A stretch of DNA of 64,000 nucleotides from an uncultured Chloroflexia bacterium (GCA_963720755.1 CAVRGP010000015.1:1-64000), one strand, 5' to 3'; positions 39,594 to 50,023 are shown, counted from the first letter of the stretch. The notes: generated from the letters alone by a model not told the origin. Numbers and translations: made by a program.

Positions 39594-40588
39594 TCGTGGT
39601 CATCACCGGAGCATCGGCCGGCGTCGGCCGAGCGACAGCGCGGGCATTCGCCGACGACGGATGGGACGTCGGCCTGATCGCCCGGGGAGCGGCCGGCCTG
39701 GCCGCTGCAGCCGAAGAGGTCCGAGCCAGCGGCCAGCGTGCCCTCATCCTCGATCTGGACGTGGCCGATGCAGACGCGGTCGAAGCTGCAGCCGAACGTG
39801 TCGAGCTCGAACTCGGCCCCATCGATGCATGGGTCAACGTCGCGATGGAGTCCGTGTTCGCTCCGGTCCAGGAGACGACCGCCGATGAATATCGGAGGGT
39901 GACGGAAGTGAACTATCTGGGCTACATCCATGGCACCCTGGCGGCCCTGCGGCGGATGACCCGACGCGACGCTGGGGTGATCATCCAGGTCGGCTCGGCG
40001 CTAGCGTACCGATCGATCCCGCTCCAGTCCGCCTATTGCGGGACGAAGCACGCGATCGTCGGCTTCACCGATTCGCTGCGCTGCGAATTGATCCACGACG
40101 GGAGCCATGTTCGGGTGTCGGTCGTGCACCTGCCGGCGATCAATACACCGCAGTTCGACTGGGTCAGGAGCCGCCTTCCCGACCGTGCCCAGCCGGTGCC
40201 ACCGATCTTCGAACCTGAGGTCGCGGCGCGAGCCATCGTGGCGATGGCCCATGCGCCACGCCGTGAGCTGTTCGTCGGTCGCTCCACCCTGATGGCCGTC
40301 GTCGGCCAGCGACTCTTCCCGGGGCTCCTGGATCGCTATCTCGGCCGAACCGGGTATGCCGGGCAACAGACCGACCGAGCCAGGGACGCCGACCGACCGG
40401 ACAATCTCGATGGCCCGCTCGACGAACACGTCGACCACGGCGCCCATGGGCGGTTCGACGCCACGGCAAGTCGCACGTCACCGTTCCTCGAACTGTCGCT
40501 CCATCGTCGAGCGTTGCTGATCGGGGCCGGGGCGCTGGGAGCCATCAGCGTCGCCGTGGGGCGATGGGCGCGCCAGCGGGCGTGGTGA
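39590..40588 (+). CDS. SDR oxidoreductase with hydrophobic C-terminal tail
   Basis: TGASAGVG, catalytic S...YCGTK. Confidence 0.92.
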   Translation: MIVVITGASAGVGRATARAFADDGWDVGLIARGAAGLAAAAEEVRASGQRALILDLDVADADAVEAAAERVELELGPIDAWVNVAMESVFAPVQETTADEYRRVTEVNYLGYIHGTLAALRRMTRRDAGVIIQVGSALAYRSIPLQSAYCGTKHAIVGFTDSLRCELIHDGSHVRVSVVHLPAINTPQFDWVRSRLPDRAQPVPPIFEPEVAARAIVAMAHAPRRELFVGRSTLMAVVGQRLFPGLLDRYLGRTGYAGQQTDRARDADRPDNLDGPLDEHVDHGAHGRFDATASRTSPFLELSLHRRALLIGAGALGAISVAVGRWARQRAW

Positions 40589-40598
40589 TCTGGAGGAG

Positions 40599-40624
40599 CC
40601 CGGCCCCTGGATTGGGCCGGGCTC
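40599..40624 (+). terminator. Hairpin after the SDR gene
   Basis: GAGCCCGGCCC...GGGCCGGGCTC stem; coordinates approximate, no U-tract. Confidence 0.45.
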
Positions 40625-40859
40625 AGGTCAACGTCCGGTGCACCAGGCACGATGGAGCGCCGCCGAGCGTCACGGTAGGCGCTGCCGCATCACATCCCCG
40701 CCTGACCGGCTGGCCCGATCGTTGCAGGCGTCTTGCGAGGAGGGCATCCGGTCGAACAGATCCGATCGAGTTCCTCTTGGGACGTTGCCAGGATCCGACA
40801 CTCATGCCGACCGCGCTGTGCAGCGAGGCTCGCGGAGGAGGATAGCCTGGGCGTTGCGG

Positions 40860-41528
40860 TCACATCCGTTCCTTGATCCCGTGTGATATCAGCCACCAGT
40901 TGACGGGATAGGCGGTCAGGAAGCCAAGCGCCATGCCGATCTGCATCATGAACCAGAACGTGGGTCCGTCTGGGGTGACGTGGTTCGGGAAGATGACGAG
41001 CTGGACGAGGATCATCCAGCCGAACAGCCCGACCTCGAAGGCGACCAGCGACAGGGTGTCGGCCTTCGACGCAGCCACCAGGCCGTCGCGCACGCCGAGA
41101 CCGCGCATCGGGGCAATGGTCAGGTACTGGAACACGATCCCGAGCGAGAACGCCAGGGTGAAGTCGATGACGAGTTCCGGCCAAAGGGCCAGGCTCGCGA
41201 TCGACAGCGCCAGTACGAACACAAGCGTGCTGCCGATGATGTCGCCGAGGGTGCAACCGGCCCCGCAATGGGTCACTGCGAGGGCTGTCGCGACCGGCAT
41301 CGACCGATCCCTGGCAAGGGCGCCACGTGGCCGGCTCCAGCGCCGATATCCGACGATGGCCAAGGGTCCCAGGTACAGCCCGGTGACGGGCCAGACGACC
41401 TCCATGATCGGCATCTCCTGGCGATGGCCCCGAACGAGGATGTCGAACCCGATGAACAGGGCACAGCCGACCGCGAGGGCGATCGCGAACGAGGCGACGG
41501 TCGAAACGGCGACCGACGGCTCGCTCAC
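40860..41528 (-). CDS. DUF4396 membrane protein
   Basis: [37 protein letters not shown]. Confidence 0.88.
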   Translation of the reverse strand: MSEPSVAVSTVASFAIALAVGCALFIGFDILVRGHRQEMPIMEVVWPVTGLYLGPLAIVGYRRWSRPRGALARDRSMPVATALAVTHCGAGCTLGDIIGSTLVFVLALSIASLALWPELVIDFTLAFSLGIVFQYLTIAPMRGLGVRDGLVAASKADTLSLVAFEVGLFGWMILVQLVIFPNHVTPDGPTFWFMMQIGMALGFLTAYPVNWWLISHGIKERM

Positions 41529-43660
41529 TGCGCCGCCTGTCCGGTGCGGACCACGGCCACGAGCCAGTCGCGTCCCCCGGCGACGGCCAACGCCGCGCCG
41601 ACGAGCATGAGTGCCGGGGTGAACACCAGTCCCAGGGCCACGACGGCCACCCCCAGCCCGATGACCAGCGGAGCACCGGATGGGCCCGGCAAGCGACCGT
41701 TCGGATCGCCGAACGGCCCTTCGACCTGTGGGACGACGGCGGGGTCGGTCGCCCGGTCCGCGTTGTCCGCGTCTCCTGCTCTGGGTAGCGCCCGGATGAG
41801 ATAGACCGCGAGGCCGCCTACCGCGATGGCGAAGGCGACGAGCAGTGCGGATCCCGCGACTTCATAGGTGAGCAGCCAGTACGCGATCCCGATCACGGCC
41901 GCGAACGCGAAGCTGCGCAGGAAGAACCCCACCTCCTCGCCGTATCTCGACGGCGGCAGGCCACGATGGGTCGCCGATCGAACGGACGGCTGGGGCGTCG
42001 ACGGATCGGCGACCTGGCCGCCGCCCTCGCGGGCGTCGTAGACGGGGCGTTCCGAGCGGATCGGCGGCAGCGACCGGAAGTTGTGCTCGGGTGGCGGCGA
42101 GCTCGTGGCCCATTCCAGCGAGTTGGCCCGCCAGGGGTCCGCGGGAGCATCGGCTGGCTTGCGCAGGGCGAGCACGACCGCGACCAGGAACGGCACGATC
42201 CCGACCGCCAGCAGAAAAGCACCCACGGTCGACACGACGTTGAGCACCTGCCACCCGGTGGCCGCGCCGTAATCGGCGATCCGCCGCGGCATCCCGTCCA
42301 GGCCGAGCTGGTACTGCGGCAGGAAGGTGAGGCTGAAGCCGACGACCCAGATCCAGAAGTGGAGCTTGCCCAGCCGCTCGGACAGAAGCCGCCCGGTCAT
42401 CTTCGGGAACCAGAAATACAGGCCGGCGAAGAGCGCGAACAGCGTCCCGCCGATGAGTACGTTGTGCAGATGGGCGACGACGAAGTACGTATCCTGGAGG
42501 TCGAAGTCGACCGGGGCCGACGCGACGATGACACCGGTCACCCCCCCGATGACGAACAGGTACAGGAACCCCATCGACCAGAGCATCGGGGTCGGGAACC
42601 GCAGATCGCCACCCCACATCGTGGCGATCCAGTTGAAGAACTTGATCCCGGTCGGGACCGCGATCGCGAACGACATCAGGCTGAAGAACGGCAGGGACAC
42701 CGCGCCGGTCGTGAACATGTGGTGGGCCCACACGCTGATCGACAGCCCGGCGATCAGGACCGTCGCCAGGACGAACGCGCTGTACCCGAATAGCGGCTTG
42801 CGCGAGAAGACCGGGATGATCTCGGTGATGATCCCGAAGAAGGGCAGGATGAGGATGTAGACCTCGGGATGGCCGAAGAACCAGAACAGGTGTTGCCAGA
42901 GGATCGCGTCGCCACCCTGGCCCGGATCGAAGAATGCCCCGCCCAGGCTGCGGTCGATGAACAGCAGCGCGAGTGCGGCCGTGAACGGCGGGAACGCCAG
43001 CAGGATCAAGGCTGCAGTGACCAGGATGTTCCAGGTGAAGATGGGCATCCTGAGCATGCCCATGCCCGGTGCCCGTCGCGTGTAGATCGTCACGATGAAG
43101 TTGATCGCGCCGAGGATGCTGGCGATCCCGGTCACGATCAGGCCGACGATCCAGAGGTCCTGTCCGACGCTCGGGCTGTACGTGGGACCGCTCAGCGGGA
43201 CGTACCCGGTCCAGCCCGATGCTGCGGCGCCGCCGATGGTGAAGAACCCGAGCGGGATCAGCAGCCCGCCAAAGAGGAACATCCAGAAGCTCAACGCGTT
43301 GAGCCGGGGGAATGCCATGTCTGGGGCGCCGATCTGGAGCGGCGTGAAGTAGTTCGCCAGCCCTAGCGCGACCGGCGTCCCGAAGAGCAGCATCATCAGG
43401 GTGCCGTGGATCGTGAACAGTTGGTCGTACATCGCCTGATCGACGACCTGCACCCCTGGGGCCGCCAATTCCGCGCGCATGACCATCGCCATGAGCCCGG
43501 CCAGGAAGAAGAACCCGAAGGCGGCGACGATGTACAGGATCCCGATCCGCTTGTGGTCGGTCGTGGTCAACCACTCCATCAGGCCGGCACCGAGCCGTCC
43601 GCGTGGTTCGTCAGCGGGCCGCCAGGCCGGGCGAGGTACGGTCAGGTCCGCGGTCGTCAC
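41525..43660 (-). CDS. ctaD: Cytochrome c oxidase subunit I (A1 type) with a subunit-IV-like C-terminal extension
   Basis: [34 protein letters not shown]; GTGA overlap with ctaC. Confidence 0.92.
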   Translation of the reverse strand: MTTADLTVPRPAWRPADEPRGRLGAGLMEWLTTTDHKRIGILYIVAAFGFFFLAGLMAMVMRAELAAPGVQVVDQAMYDQLFTIHGTLMMLLFGTPVALGLANYFTPLQIGAPDMAFPRLNALSFWMFLFGGLLIPLGFFTIGGAAASGWTGYVPLSGPTYSPSVGQDLWIVGLIVTGIASILGAINFIVTIYTRRAPGMGMLRMPIFTWNILVTAALILLAFPPFTAALALLFIDRSLGGAFFDPGQGGDAILWQHLFWFFGHPEVYILILPFFGIITEIIPVFSRKPLFGYSAFVLATVLIAGLSISVWAHHMFTTGAVSLPFFSLMSFAIAVPTGIKFFNWIATMWGGDLRFPTPMLWSMGFLYLFVIGGVTGVIVASAPVDFDLQDTYFVVAHLHNVLIGGTLFALFAGLYFWFPKMTGRLLSERLGKLHFWIWVVGFSLTFLPQYQLGLDGMPRRIADYGAATGWQVLNVVSTVGAFLLAVGIVPFLVAVVLALRKPADAPADPWRANSLEWATSSPPPEHNFRSLPPIRSERPVYDAREGGGQVADPSTPQPSVRSATHRGLPPSRYGEEVGFFLRSFAFAAVIGIAYWLLTYEVAGSALLVAFAIAVGGLAVYLIRALPRAGDADNADRATDPAVVPQVEGPFGDPNGRLPGPSGAPLVIGLGVAVVALGLVFTPALMLVGAALAVAGGRDWLVAVVRTGQAAQ

Positions 43661-44394
43661 GGTGTCACCGGACTCGACGACGGTGGACTCGAGGCGCGCC
43701 AGCCACCCGCCATCCAGGCATCGAAGGTGGCGCGGTCCACGGCGCGCACCGTGAACGTCATGACGCTGTGCCCGATCCCGCAGAACTCCGCGCACTGGCC
43801 CGGGTAGACGCCTGGCGACGTCGCCTTGAAGTCGAAACTTGTCTCGCGGCCCGGGATGGCATCGCGCTTGAACAGGAACGTCGGGACGTAGAACGAGTGG
43901 ACCACGTCGGCGGAAACGAGATCGACATGGATGGTCTCGCCCACCGGGACCACCATCTCGGGCGGCCGGTCGGCGGTCCCGGTGATCGTGACCGGGGTGT
44001 GTTCGTACTCGAACCGCCATTGCCAGGTGAAACCGGTGACCCGCACGGACACGGCTGGTTCGGCTGCCACGGTGTCGACCGCGATCTGGGTGCGCAGCGT
44101 CAGGATGAACAGGCCGACAAGCAGGATGGCGGGGGCGACCGTCCAGGCAACCTCGAGCGGGATGTTGTTGCGGGTCTGCCGGGGCCGATCCGACCGGTGC
44201 CGATAGCGAATGATCGACCAAGTCACGAGGACCCAGATCAGGACGGCGACGCCGATCCCGATGCCCAGGAAGAGCTGGTAGAGGTCACGAATCCTGGCGC
44301 CCTGCTCGGTCGCGGCCGTCGGTGCGCAGCCACCTGCGACGGCGACCAGCGCGGCCATCGCGACCAGCAGCCGCCCAGCCTCGGTTCGCTTCAC
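43657..44394 (-). CDS. ctaC: Cytochrome c oxidase subunit II
   Basis: Lipobox AGGC, LEVAWT, CuA ligands VVHSF...[12 protein letters not shown]. Confidence 0.93.
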   Translation of the reverse strand: MKRTEAGRLLVAMAALVAVAGGCAPTAATEQGARIRDLYQLFLGIGIGVAVLIWVLVTWSIIRYRHRSDRPRQTRNNIPLEVAWTVAPAILLVGLFILTLRTQIAVDTVAAEPAVSVRVTGFTWQWRFEYEHTPVTITGTADRPPEMVVPVGETIHVDLVSADVVHSFYVPTFLFKRDAIPGRETSFDFKATSPGVYPGQCAEFCGIGHSVMTFTVRAVDRATFDAWMAGGWRASSPPSSSPVTP

Positions 44395-45803
44395 GAGGGC
44401 TCGACCTCCTCGAAGCCCCCGTCGGCGTTCCGCTGGACCGTCACGCCTCGGTCGCTCGGATCATCTTCGTCGGGTCGGTCCCGCCTTCGCCGGTCGACGA
44501 GCAGCCGGTAGCTGACGATCCAGGCGACGATCGGGCTGACGACCAGCAGGATCCGGAACGCGTTGGTCAGGCCCTCGAGACTCAGGTCGAACGTGGCCGC
44601 CAGGACGTCGTTGCCGCCGGCCAGGGTCAGGACGGTCATGATCGTCAACATCGCCACACCGGTCGCCGAGCGTTTCGGTGCATCCCACGGCATGTCGAGG
44701 AGATGGTGTTCCCGACGATCGCCGGTCCGCCACGCCTCGAGGAACGGCCAGAGCGCGACCGCCGTGAACAACGCGCCCGGGACCACGACCGCGGCCCAGA
44801 AGACGGATGGGATGGTCACCCCCAGGATGACCGGCTCGAAGGCGGGTCCGAGGCGGACTGCACCCTCGAGCCAGCCGATGTACCAGTCTGGTTGCGCGGG
44901 CGAACTCGCCTGCCACGCCTCGAACGGCCCGTACAGCCAGATCGGATTGATCTCGACCAATCCGGCGATGAGGGTCACGATCGCCGCTGTGAGGAGGAAC
45001 AGGCCGGTCGAGCGAAAGGCCTGGTTCGGCCAGAAGCGCTGGCCGATGACATTGCGCTCGGTGGCGCCGGGGCGCCGGAACTGGGTATGTCGCTGCACGA
45101 AGATGAGGATCAGGTGGGCGGTGATCCCGCCGATGAAGAGACCCGGCAGGAGCATGACGTGGAGCACGAACAGTCGGCTGGTGATCGCGACTGTCGGAAA
45201 CTCCCCGCCGAAGCCGAGATAGGCCAGCGCCGGCCCGACGAACGGCACGCTGAGGAGGACCGAATAGGCGATCCGCAAGCCGGTGCCGGACAAGAGGTCG
45301 TCGGGCAGTGAGTAGCCGGTGAACCCCTCAGCCAGGGCGAAGATGAGGAGGCTGAACCCGATCAGCCAGTTGATCTCTCTCGGCCGACGGAATGCGCCGG
45401 TGAAGAAGACCCGCGACAAGTGGACGACGATGGCGCCGACGAACAGCAACGCGGTCCAGTGGTGGATCTGGCGCATCAACAACCCGGCACGCACCTCGAG
45501 ACTCAGCCGCATCACCGAATCGAAGGCGCTTGACACGGAACTACCCTGCAACGGGGGGTACGGCCCGTCGTACGTCACGGGCGTGGCGCTGGGGACGTAG
45601 AAGAACGTCAAGAAGACGCCCGTCGCGAGGAGGATGATGAAGCAGAAGAGGGCCAACTCGCCGAGCAGGAACGACCAGTGATCGGGGAAGACCTTGGCCA
45701 GCACGGTCCGGGTGATCGACTCGAAGCCTGTCCGCTCATCGAGCCAGGTGGCGATTCGCTCGAGTTCGGTCGGTCGGCGCCGATCCTGCTGCCGCTCGCT
45801 CAC
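44391..45803 (-). CDS. qcrB: Cytochrome bcc complex cytochrome b
   Basis: VFPDHWSFLLGE, RQIHHW, GAFRRPREINW, GYSLPDDLLSG, QPDWY. Confidence 0.93.
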   Translation of the reverse strand: MSERQQDRRRPTELERIATWLDERTGFESITRTVLAKVFPDHWSFLLGELALFCFIILLATGVFLTFFYVPSATPVTYDGPYPPLQGSSVSSAFDSVMRLSLEVRAGLLMRQIHHWTALLFVGAIVVHLSRVFFTGAFRRPREINWLIGFSLLIFALAEGFTGYSLPDDLLSGTGLRIAYSVLLSVPFVGPALAYLGFGGEFPTVAITSRLFVLHVMLLPGLFIGGITAHLILIFVQRHTQFRRPGATERNVIGQRFWPNQAFRSTGLFLLTAAIVTLIAGLVEINPIWLYGPFEAWQASSPAQPDWYIGWLEGAVRLGPAFEPVILGVTIPSVFWAAVVVPGALFTAVALWPFLEAWRTGDRREHHLLDMPWDAPKRSATGVAMLTIMTVLTLAGGNDVLAATFDLSLEGLTNAFRILLVVSPIVAWIVSYRLLVDRRRRDRPDEDDPSDRGVTVQRNADGGFEEVEPS

Positions 45804-46810
45804 TGCCTGACCTCGCCACGCCCGATGTCCCAGAACGATGGGCCGACCGGGCCGGTGAAGTCCCCGAGGGCCTCGAACCCGTCGTCGGCCGTCAAGGCGA
45901 TCGGCAGTTGTGGCAGCGGCCGGACGGCCGGTCCGAAGGTCGGTACGGCGCCGTCGATCACGTCGAAGGTCGACTGATGGCAGGGGCAGATGAGCTGGTG
46001 CTCGCTCGCTCGATAGAGCCCGACCGGGCAGCCGGCGTGCGTGCAGATCTTGGAGTAGGCGATGAACCCGGGCGGTGTCGGGGCCAGCTTGGACGTCGAT
46101 GCCGCAAGGCTTCCGTTCGGGACCCTGATGAGGATGACCTGGCTGTCGGCCACGCCGACCGCGCCCTCGGGAAAGGCGGTCACGATGGTGTCCACGGCGA
46201 AGCTATCGGACTGGATCCGCATCCCGGTCTCATCGACGAGGCGAAGTCCGCGCCGCCACGACGTTCGCCGCAGCGTGTCGCCGGGCGAGGGTCCGAGCGA
46301 CAGCACGGGCAGGATGAGCGCCGCACCGAGACCGGCGAGACCGAAGGCCAGTGACCGGAGGAGCATCGTTCGGCGCGTCATCGGCGGAGCGAGGTCGCCC
46401 GGAGGGGACGACAGGTCTTCGCGCTCCTCGATCAGTTCGGTCGTCGGCATCAGGTCCCGCGACCAGAGGGCGATGCCGCCGCCCAGACCACCGAGACAGA
46501 CGGCCAGCAGCGCACCTTCGAGTTGGGTGTGGCCGCCGGCGACATAAACGCCGAAGAGGGCGATCCCGGCAACGCCGGCGACGATGAAGCCTGCCGCCGC
46601 CAGACGTGTCGTTCGGCGTTCGTGCGTCGAATCTGCCGATTCGCCTTGGCCCGTGACGGTGGTCGACGGTCGCGCCGGCTCCGCGGCCGCATGGGCTCCG
46701 GTGCGCCGCCCGATGAGCCGGCCACCGACCGACAGGGCGAGGGTGGTGAGCAGGCCGACGAGGCGAGCCAGCCAGCCGGAACCAGGACCGCCGTGCTCCG
46801 GCTCGATCAT
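45800..46810 (-). CDS. qcrA: Cytochrome bcc complex Rieske Fe-S subunit
   Basis: CTHAGC...CPCHQS, several TM helices and a TRR Tat-like motif. Confidence 0.92.
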   Translation of the reverse strand: MIEPEHGGPGSGWLARLVGLLTTLALSVGGRLIGRRTGAHAAAEPARPSTTVTGQGESADSTHERRTTRLAAAGFIVAGVAGIALFGVYVAGGHTQLEGALLAVCLGGLGGGIALWSRDLMPTTELIEEREDLSSPPGDLAPPMTRRTMLLRSLAFGLAGLGAALILPVLSLGPSPGDTLRRTSWRRGLRLVDETGMRIQSDSFAVDTIVTAFPEGAVGVADSQVILIRVPNGSLAASTSKLAPTPPGFIAYSKICTHAGCPVGLYRASEHQLICPCHQSTFDVIDGAVPTFGPAVRPLPQLPIALTADDGFEALGDFTGPVGPSFWDIGRGEVRQ

Positions 46811-47622
46811 CGTTCGATCCGTCCGTTCGGATCGGACGGTCGATCATCCTCCACCTCGGGCTCGCGCTTGTCCCGACCCGGCGCGATCCAGCGTGCCACG
46901 AGGATGAGCGCGCCCAGACCGATCACGACCGCGATGAACCCTTCCGTGACCGGCCCGATCAGCGGCGGCTGGATCCCGCCCGGGGATGGCGCCCTCTGTA
47001 GGTACTCGATGTATGAGGCGATCGCGGCCGCTGCGTCGTCGTCGATCGCACCTTTCGGGAAGACGGGCATCACGTTCGGGCCGGTGCGCATCGCCTCGAC
47101 GACGATCCGTGGGTCGGCCTGGCCGAGCGAGGGGGCGATCGCTCCACCGCCGATCGCCACTCCTGCCCCGGAGGGCCCGTGGCACTGCGCGCAATTCGCC
47201 TCATACAGCGCCCTTCCCGCCGGGATGTCTGCAGCGGAGGTGACGACGTCGGGCACCGCAGGCCCGACCCCGAGGCTCCCGACGTAGGCAACGAGGGAGC
47301 GGATCTGTTCGTCTGTGAAGGCTGGCTCACGTCGCTGCGTGGGATCCGCGGGGGGACTGAACGGCATCCGGCCCGTCCGGAGCATGAAATCCGTAGCCGC
47401 GGCCCCGCTATCGATCAGCGCGGGTCCTTGCGTTGTGCCGGCACCCCCCGGCCCATGGCACGCCGCGCAACTCTGCAGGTAGAGGTTCCGCCCGGCGTCG
47501 CTCTGAACGACCTGGTCGGAGCCAGCAGCACCCGGGAGGGTGCCAGGGGCCAGGAATAGCAAGTAGGCGAGGCCGACGACGAGGGCGACGCCGATCGCGC
47601 CGTACGAACGAATCAGATCCAT
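46807..47622 (-). CDS. qcrC: Cytochrome bcc complex dihaem cytochrome c
   Basis: CAACH and CAQCH, TGRMP, C-terminal GPVTEG TM. Confidence 0.92.
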   Translation of the reverse strand: MDLIRSYGAIGVALVVGLAYLLFLAPGTLPGAAGSDQVVQSDAGRNLYLQSCAACHGPGGAGTTQGPALIDSGAAATDFMLRTGRMPFSPPADPTQRREPAFTDEQIRSLVAYVGSLGVGPAVPDVVTSAADIPAGRALYEANCAQCHGPSGAGVAIGGGAIAPSLGQADPRIVVEAMRTGPNVMPVFPKGAIDDDAAAAIASYIEYLQRAPSPGGIQPPLIGPVTEGFIAVVIGLGALILVARWIAPGRDKREPEVEDDRPSDPNGRIER

Positions 47623-47754
47623 TGATTACCACGTGACTCGGGCCGCTACCCGGCAGTCCTCGGGGCTCTATCGTACAAGCCAGGGAGGCGCCGGATCTTC
47701 GATCTGCATTTCATCTTCGCGACAATTACCGCCGCCGCGATCCTCGCCACCGGC

Positions 47755-48045
47755 TTGATCGCGGTCGCTGGATTCGTGTTCGATGTCGGCGTCCAACCAT
47801 GGCTGGACCGTTCGATCCTCCTCGATCTGCCGCTGGCCGCCCTCGCCGCTCTCTCCGGCGTCGCGGCGTTCATCCACGCCGGGCCGACAGAATCGCTCCA
47901 CCTGCTCTATGGCGCACTGCTGTTGATCGTGATCGCCGGCGGGCGCTACCTCGGCCGACGACCGGGCCGGTCGCAGGCCGGCTGGGTCGCTGCATCGTCG
48001 GTCGTCGCTCTGGGTGTCATCGTCCGCCTGGCCATGACCGGCTGA
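47755..48045 (+). CDS. Small membrane protein (start uncertain, may extend upstream)
   Basis: Hydrophobic helices, LHLLYG, ends RLAMTG. Confidence 0.55.
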   Translation: MIAVAGFVFDVGVQPWLDRSILLDLPLAALAALSGVAAFIHAGPTESLHLLYGALLLIVIAGGRYLGRRPGRSQAGWVAASSVVALGVIVRLAMTG

Positions 48046-48057
48046 CGATGCATCAGC

Positions 48058-48261
48058 CTATCGATCGAGGACCGTGTCCGCCTTGTCGTCGATCTTCTCC
48101 TTTTCCGCGGCGGTGAGGTTGCCCGCCTTCCTCTGTTGCGAGGCACGCGCCTTGGCGTTGCGGGCGTGCGACTTGTCAGGCATCGGGTACTTCCGCTGTT
48201 CCGGCAGTCCGAAATCGGATTTCGGCTCGGCGTCCCGCTTCTTCGTGCTCAGTTCCGCCAT
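48058..48261 (-). CDS. Small basic protein, DUF6582-like
   Basis: FGLPEQRKYPMPDKSHARNAKARASQ; GGAGG RBS. Confidence 0.8.
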   Translation of the reverse strand: MAELSTKKRDAEPKSDFGLPEQRKYPMPDKSHARNAKARASQQRKAGNLTAAEKEKIDDKADTVLDR

Positions 48262-48284
48262 CGGTCTGTCCTCCTACTCGCCGC

Positions 48285-48503
48285 CTAGAGGTCGCCGCCG
48301 GGCGCATGCTCAGTCGATGGCGACCCACCTTTTTCCTCGGGGGCGACGGTCGGAGCGTCGTCGGGCTCGATCCCGGGCTTCAGATCCGAATCGTCGTCGC
48401 CCGTCGGTCGACCGTCCCGACGTTCGGCGTCGGTCGATCGGATCTCGTCGGGATGGTCCAACTGGTCGCGATGGTCCAGCGAGGTCGTCGTTCGCTCGGT
48501 CAT
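48285..48503 (-). CDS. Small acidic hydrophilic protein
   Basis: AGGAGGAG RBS; Asp/Pro/Glu-rich, ends STEHAPGGDL. Confidence 0.65.
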   Translation of the reverse strand: MTERTTTSLDHRDQLDHPDEIRSTDAERRDGRPTGDDDSDLKPGIEPDDAPTVAPEEKGGSPSTEHAPGGDL

Positions 48504-48709
48504 ATCTCCTCCTGCGTCGTGGTTGGAATCGAGCATCTGACAACCCCGGTTACACCCGTGCCAGACGCATGGGTGTGGTCGTGTCGGCGGTATAACCATT
48601 TGCGCCTCGTCTGATACGCGCCAGCAATCCCAGTCCGGGTGAAATTGGCAGATGCGGATCGCCAGCTACAACGACGATGCTTCCCAGGATGGCGAGAGGA
48701 GCGCGATCA

Positions 48710-49222
48710 GTGAGTGACGGGCGGCCCGGCGAGACCAGCAAGGAGCGGGTCGACCGTGAGCTGATCGAGTTGCTCAACGAACTCCGAGTGGCCCTGCCGG
48801 GCATGCAGGTCCTGTTCGCATTCCTCCTCATCCTGCCGTTCCAGGCCGGGTTCGCCGAGGTTTCAGACCTGGAGCGCAGCCTGTACTTCGTGGCCTTTCT
48901 CGCGACGGCTGTCGGTTCCATCGTGCTGATCGCACCCACGACTTACCATCGGGTCCGCTTCCGCGCCCCGGACAAGGAACAGATGCTCCGGACCTTCAAC
49001 CAACTACTGCTGGTCGGCACGGTATCCCTCGGATTGGCGATCACCGCAGTCACGTTCCTCGTCACCGACGTCGTCTTCGGGCGCCTCGTCGGGCTCGTCG
49101 CAGCGTCGATCGCCGCCGGCCTGATCGTGATCCTGTGGTTCACGCTGCCGGTCCGCCGCAATCTGCGCGAGGTAGGTCGCGCTCTTGGCCCGCCCCCCGA
49201 GGAACGAGGGTCGGATCACTAG
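48710..49222 (+). CDS. DUF6328 family membrane protein
   Basis: ET.KERVDREL.ELLNELRVALPG.QVLFAFLL.LPF. Confidence 0.85.
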   Translation: MSDGRPGETSKERVDRELIELLNELRVALPGMQVLFAFLLILPFQAGFAEVSDLERSLYFVAFLATAVGSIVLIAPTTYHRVRFRAPDKEQMLRTFNQLLLVGTVSLGLAITAVTFLVTDVVFGRLVGLVAASIAAGLIVILWFTLPVRRNLREVGRALGPPPEERGSDH

Positions 49223-49258
49223 GTTGCTGGGCGGATGCCCCTCGGTCAATCGGGAGCT

Positions 49259-49432
49259 TCACGAACGCTTGACCTTCTGTGCGTTGGTCTCGCCCTTTTC
49301 GGATCGTTCCTTGTTGACGGTCCGGGCTGCCCGTTCCTCAGCTTCATCCTCGCTGACTCCGCGCTCCTCGTAGGAGTCCTTGATGTGTTCGTATTGTCGC
49401 TCGCGTCTATCGCTCCAGGCCTTCTTTGGCAT
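49259..49432 (-). CDS. Small stress-associated protein (RERQYEHIK family)
   Basis: AWSDRRERQYEHIKDS...AEERAARTVNKER; GGAGG RBS. Confidence 0.8.
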   Translation of the reverse strand: MPKKAWSDRRERQYEHIKDSYEERGVSEDEAEERAARTVNKERSEKGETNAQKVKRS

Positions 49433-49638
49433 GTCCGGGTCCTCCGTCATGGCTGTGGGCAAATAGCAGAACGCGTCCGAAGGTACGCGGGCGATCTGCA
49501 TCCGCCGGGGCACGCTTCATTGTCGTGACAACGGCGCAGCGGAAGCCCATGGGCTGGTGTACTGTCAGCGTGACCCACCACCGCGCCCCACGACTGCGCA
49601 CCTCGCCGTCACGCGGTGTTGGCGATCGGGGCCGCTTC

Positions 49639-49944
49639 ATGCCATACCGCGTCATCGCCCAGGAGGCGCTCGCTCGCTGGCGGGATGCCGAGCGAAGGAG
49701 AGAGCGTTCTGAGCCAGGCAGCGCGAATCACTTGGCTGCGCAGCAGGACGCCGAACAAGCTAGGCGCGACTATCAGGACGCCATCGAGGCAGCGATGCGC
49801 GAGCACCTGCCCGTGCCCATCGCCTTCGACGAGGCCGTAGGTTCTGAGCCGAAAACGGACATGTCAGCCAACGGTGACGACGGTCAGGACTTCGGCGCCA
49901 CCGTCTCGCCCGACACGGGATCGCCCATCGTGAACCCGGAGTAG
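49639..49944 (+). CDS. Hypothetical helical protein, 3' end runs into the pncA remnant
   Basis: MPYRVIAQEALARWRDAER...; no family recognised. Confidence 0.45.
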   Translation: MPYRVIAQEALARWRDAERRRERSEPGSANHLAAQQDAEQARRDYQDAIEAAMREHLPVPIAFDEAVGSEPKTDMSANGDDGQDFGATVSPDTGSPIVNPE

Positions 49945-50023
49945 CCGTCCTCGCCGTTCGCGCCGACGATGATCAAGGCTGAACCCGGCCCGTAGCGCTG
50001 CATGGATGGAGCGTACAGCAGCG
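49891..50023 (-). pseudogene. pncA: Internally deleted second copy of the pncA 5' region and its -10 element
   Basis: Matches 25611-25685 joined to 25950-26007 (7 substitutions, 2 one-base gaps); reads MQRYGPGSALIIV/GANGEDGYSGFTMGDPVSGETVA. Confidence 0.9.

Larger units (their letters stand above)
26008..49890. mobile_element. Putative 23.9-kb genomic island between duplicated pncA 5' segments
   Basis: Direct repeat 25611-26007 vs 49891-50023; accessory cargo; no integrase seen. Confidence 0.6.
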
